Shown in pieces: positions 61,462-64,000 of a stretch of DNA of 64,000 nucleotides. The stretch's first letter is position 1. Each line of letters opens with the position of its first letter. Source of the DNA: Acidimicrobiia bacterium (GTDB taxonomy: Bacteria; Actinomycetota; Acidimicrobiia; Acidimicrobiales; Aldehydirespiratoraceae); NCBI GenBank assembly GCA_022821685.1, contig JAJEDD010000018.1, positions 62,655 to 126,654 on the forward strand. The letters are read 5' to 3'. The notes below the pieces were generated by a model that had not been told where the DNA came from, ran no database searches, and saw only the letters and a program-made list of their open reading frames with translations. A program made the position numbers and the translations under genes.

Positions 61462-64000
61462 TTGACCGTCGCCGACACGTATCGCCTGTCCACCCGGTAC
61501 ACCGACGATTCCGGGACGGTGTTCATGACGGGGCTTCAGGCGCTGGCCCGCCTGCCGATCGAGCAGCTGCGGGCCGACCGGCAGGCGGGCCTGCAGACGG
61601 CGGCCTTCGTCAGCGGCTACCCCGGCTCGCCGGTGGGCGGCTTCGACGGCGATATGGCCCGGGCCATTGAGCAGGCCCCGGACCTGCCGGTCGTGCTGGC
61701 CCCGGCTCTCAACGAGGAGCAGGCCGCCACCGCGGTGATGGGCTCGCAGCTCGCCTCGCTGCGACCCGACTCCCGCTACGACGGCGTAGTGGGCGTCTTC
61801 TACTGCAAGGCGCCCGGCGTGGACCGCGCCGGCGACGCCCTCCGCCACGCAGTGTTCGCCGGCGCCGACCCCCGGGGCGGCGCGGTGGTGATCGCGGGCG
61901 ACGACCCGGCGGCCAAGAGCTCGACCATCCCGTCGTCGTCGGCGGGCACCCTGGCCGACAAGCACATCCCGGTGCTCTATCCCGGCACGCCCCGCGAGGC
62001 GCTCGATCTGGGCCGCCACGCCGTCTACATGTCGAGGGCCACCGGGCTGTGGACCAGCCTCAAGATCGTGGCCGACGTGGCCGACGGCTCATCGACGGTG
62101 CACCTCGACCCGCGCCGGGTCGACCCGGTCATCCCCACCATCGACGGCGAGCCCTACATCCACACTCCCGACGGCAGGCTGCTCACCCCCGAGACGGTCG
62201 ACTCCGAGCGCGAGATCTATGAGGTCCGCCACCGGCTGGCCATCGAGTACGCGGCCCTGAACCGCCTCAACCACGCCACCGTCGACCCGTCCGACGCCTG
62301 GATCGGGATCGTGGCCTCGGGGATCACCTACCGAGAGCTGCGGGAGGCGCTGCGCCGCCTGGGGCTGGGCCGCGACGACGAGGTCGCCGCCGCCGGCATC
62401 CGGCTCATGTGCATGCACATGCCCATTCCCTTCAGCGCCCGGCAGGCCCGCCACTTCGCCCGGGGCCTCGAAGAGATCTTCGTGGTGGAGGAGAAGCAGC
62501 CCAATATCGAGTCGCTCATGAAGGACGCCCTGTACAACGAGGCGCGCCGGCCCCGGGTGACAGGCAAGTTCGACGAGCACGACGCCCCGCTGCTGCCCGG
62601 CCACGGGGGCCTCGCCGCCGACGACCTGCTGGCACCGCTGCGGCGCCGCCTGTGCGAGCGCATCGGCTCGCGGCTCGCTCCCGAACAGCCCCGGCGCGAG
62701 CTGATCCCGTTGGGCGCCGGCGTGGCCCGCACCCCCTACTTCTGTTCGGGCTGCCCCCACAACCGGGCCACCAAGGTCCCCGAGGGGGCCGCGGTCGGGG
62801 CGGGGATCGGCTGCCACACGATGACCCTGCTGATGGACTCCGACGGCTTCGGCGACATCGTGGGGCTCACCTGCATGGGCCAGGAGGGCGCCCAGTGGGT
62901 GGGCATGGCGCCCTTCGTGGAGACCTCGCACATCTTCCAGAACATCGGTGACGGCACCTACTTCCACAGCGGCCAGCTCGCCATCCAGGGGGCCATTGCG
63001 GCCGGTGCCGACGTCACCTACAAGCTGCTGTGGAACCGCACCGTGGCCATGACCGGCGGCCAGGATCCCCAGGGCATGATCGGGGTGGCCGAGGTGTGCC
63101 GGGTGCTGCTGGCCCAGGGAGTGGCCCGGGTGCTGGTGACCACCGAGGACGTGGCCCGATACCGCGCCGCCGATCTGCCCGAGGGGGTGGACGTCTGGCC
63201 CCGCACCCGGCTGATCGAGGCCCAAGAGCTACTGGCCGACACCGCGGGCGTGACCGTGCTCGTCCACGACCAGCAGTGCGCGGCCGAGGCCCGCCGGGGG
63301 CGCAAGCGCGGCACGGTGGCCGTGCCCCGCCAGCGGGTGTTCATCAACGAGCGGATCTGCGAGGGCTGCGGCGACTGCGCCTCGGTCAGCAACTGCCTGT
63401 CGGTTCAGTCGGTGGAGACGGCATTCGGGCGTAAGACCCGGATCGACCAGACCACCTGCAACCTCGACTTCTCGTGCCTGGAGGGGGACTGCCCGTCGTT
63501 CATGACCGTGACCCGGCCGGGGCGGCTCAGGTCGTGGCTGCGCCGGATCAAGGGCCGGATTAGCTCTCCGGACAGCCCCCCGACGGCGCCTGCCGATCTG
63601 GACGACCCGGCGCCGGTCGGGCCCACCGACGATCTGTCGATTCGCATCGTCGGAATCGGCGGCACCGGGGTAGTCACCGTGAGCCAGATCATCGGGACCG
63701 CGGCGATGTTCGACGGCTACGAGGTGCGGGGCCTCGACCAGATCGGGCTGTCGCAGAAGGCCGGGCCGGTGGTGAGCGACCTGCGCCTGTGCCGCAGCGA
63801 GACTGCGGCCAGCAACCGCCTCGGCGAGGGCCAGGCCGACCTCTTGCTGGCCTTCGACCAGCTGGGGGCGGCGTCGCCCTCGGGCCTGAGAGGCGCCGAC
63901 CCGCAGCGCACCGCGGTGGTCGGCTCCACCTCGCAGACCCCCACCGGGGCCATGGTGGCCCACCCCGACCGGGCCATGCCGGCGCCCGCCGAGTTGGAGG
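61462..64000 (+). CDS. Fused indolepyruvate:ferredoxin oxidoreductase-family protein (5' part, continues beyond the window)
   Basis: Not in the ORF track because it has no stop inside the window. GGAGG at 61451-61455, TTG at 61462. The frame reads LTVADTYRLSTRYTDDSGTVFMTGLQALARLPIEQ..., FCSGCPHN at about 62740, and the ferredoxin-like CEGCGDC...CNLDFSCLEGDCPSF at about 63361-63500. Confidence 0.8.
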   Translation, partial: MTVADTYRLSTRYTDDSGTVFMTGLQALARLPIEQLRADRQAGLQTAAFVSGYPGSPVGGFDGDMARAIEQAPDLPVVLAPALNEEQAATAVMGSQLASLRPDSRYDGVVGVFYCKAPGVDRAGDALRHAVFAGADPRGGAVVIAGDDPAAKSSTIPSSSAGTLADKHIPVLYPGTPREALDLGRHAVYMSRATGLWTSLKIVADVADGSSTVHLDPRRVDPVIPTIDGEPYIHTPDGRLLTPETVDSEREIYEVRHRLAIEYAALNRLNHATVDPSDAWIGIVASGITYRELREALRRLGLGRDDEVAAAGIRLMCMHMPIPFSARQARHFARGLEEIFVVEEKQPNIESLMKDALYNEARRPRVTGKFDEHDAPLLPGHGGLAADDLLAPLRRRLCERIGSRLAPEQPRRELIPLGAGVARTPYFCSGCPHNRATKVPEGAAVGAGIGCHTMTLLMDSDGFGDIVGLTCMGQEGAQWVGMAPFVETSHIFQNIGDGTYFHSGQLAIQGAIAAGADVTYKLLWNRTVAMTGGQDPQGMIGVAEVCRVLLAQGVARVLVTTEDVARYRAADLPEGVDVWPRTRLIEAQELLADTAGVTVLVHDQQCAAEARRGRKRGTVAVPRQRVFINERICEGCGDCASVSNCLSVQSVETAFGRKTRIDQTTCNLDFSCLEGDCPSFMTVTRPGRLRSWLRRIKGRISSPDSPPTAPADLDDPAPVGPTDDLSIRIVGIGGTGVVTVSQIIGTAAMFDGYEVRGLDQIGLSQKAGPVVSDLRLCRSETAASNRLGEGQADLLLAFDQLGAASPSGLRGADPQRTAVVGSTSQTPTGAMVAHPDRAMPAPAELE

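Noticed and set aside
1-64000. tRNA, rRNA, tmRNA, riboswitches, integrase/transposase genes and att-type direct repeats at the island borders
   Set aside because: None could be recognised by eye. The only structure at the island's left border is a 9-bp-stem palindrome (39774-39782 / 39803-39811), and no matching repeat was found at the right border. A proper tRNAscan/Infernal run is needed to exclude small RNAs.

Overview
High-GC actinobacterial-type chromosomal segment. The taxonomic hints are a mycothiol synthase, a proteasome activator ending in GTYL, SepF/DivIVA division genes and many leaderless or overlapping start codons. Most of the window is core and syntenic. It holds mreB/moaE, ppk1 and a complete dcw division/cell-wall cluster (mraZ to ftsZ, then pgeF-yggS-sepF-yggT-divIVA). 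It also holds lspA-rluD, dnaE, a DUF35/thiolase pair, menA/menG, nth, a his operon (hisDCBHAF) and the 5' part of a fused indolepyruvate:ferredoxin oxidoreductase. Many long ORFs in the six-frame track are antisense artefacts of the high GC content and were not called. Three things are not ordinary. (1) An accessory island of about 7-9 kb (about 39.56-48.35 kb) sits between the thiolase gene and yyaL. It carries three intact VapBC-type TA pairs plus one VapC remnant, and a DUF222/HNH endonuclease. It also carries an orphan 1255-aa protein that combines an unassigned N-terminal region of about 600 aa, a RecD-type SF1 helicase and a Vsr/DUF559-like nuclease fold. This protein is my best candidate for an undescribed single-protein defence or anti-MGE system. 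The island is bounded by diverged duplicate fragments of the flanking genes, which looks like two alternative alleles of the locus kept in tandem. (2) A MITE-like element of about 142 bp with 25-bp terminal inverted repeats and CTAG/TTAG-type ends occurs at least 11 times. It often sits exactly on stop codons, and once it lies in frame inside the HNH gene. (3) Short R-X-R duplications with a period of about 71-76 bp recur at gene junctions. Two of them create 24-codon mini-ORFs too short to appear in the ORF track. No rRNA, tRNA, CRISPR array, integrase or transposase gene was recognised.
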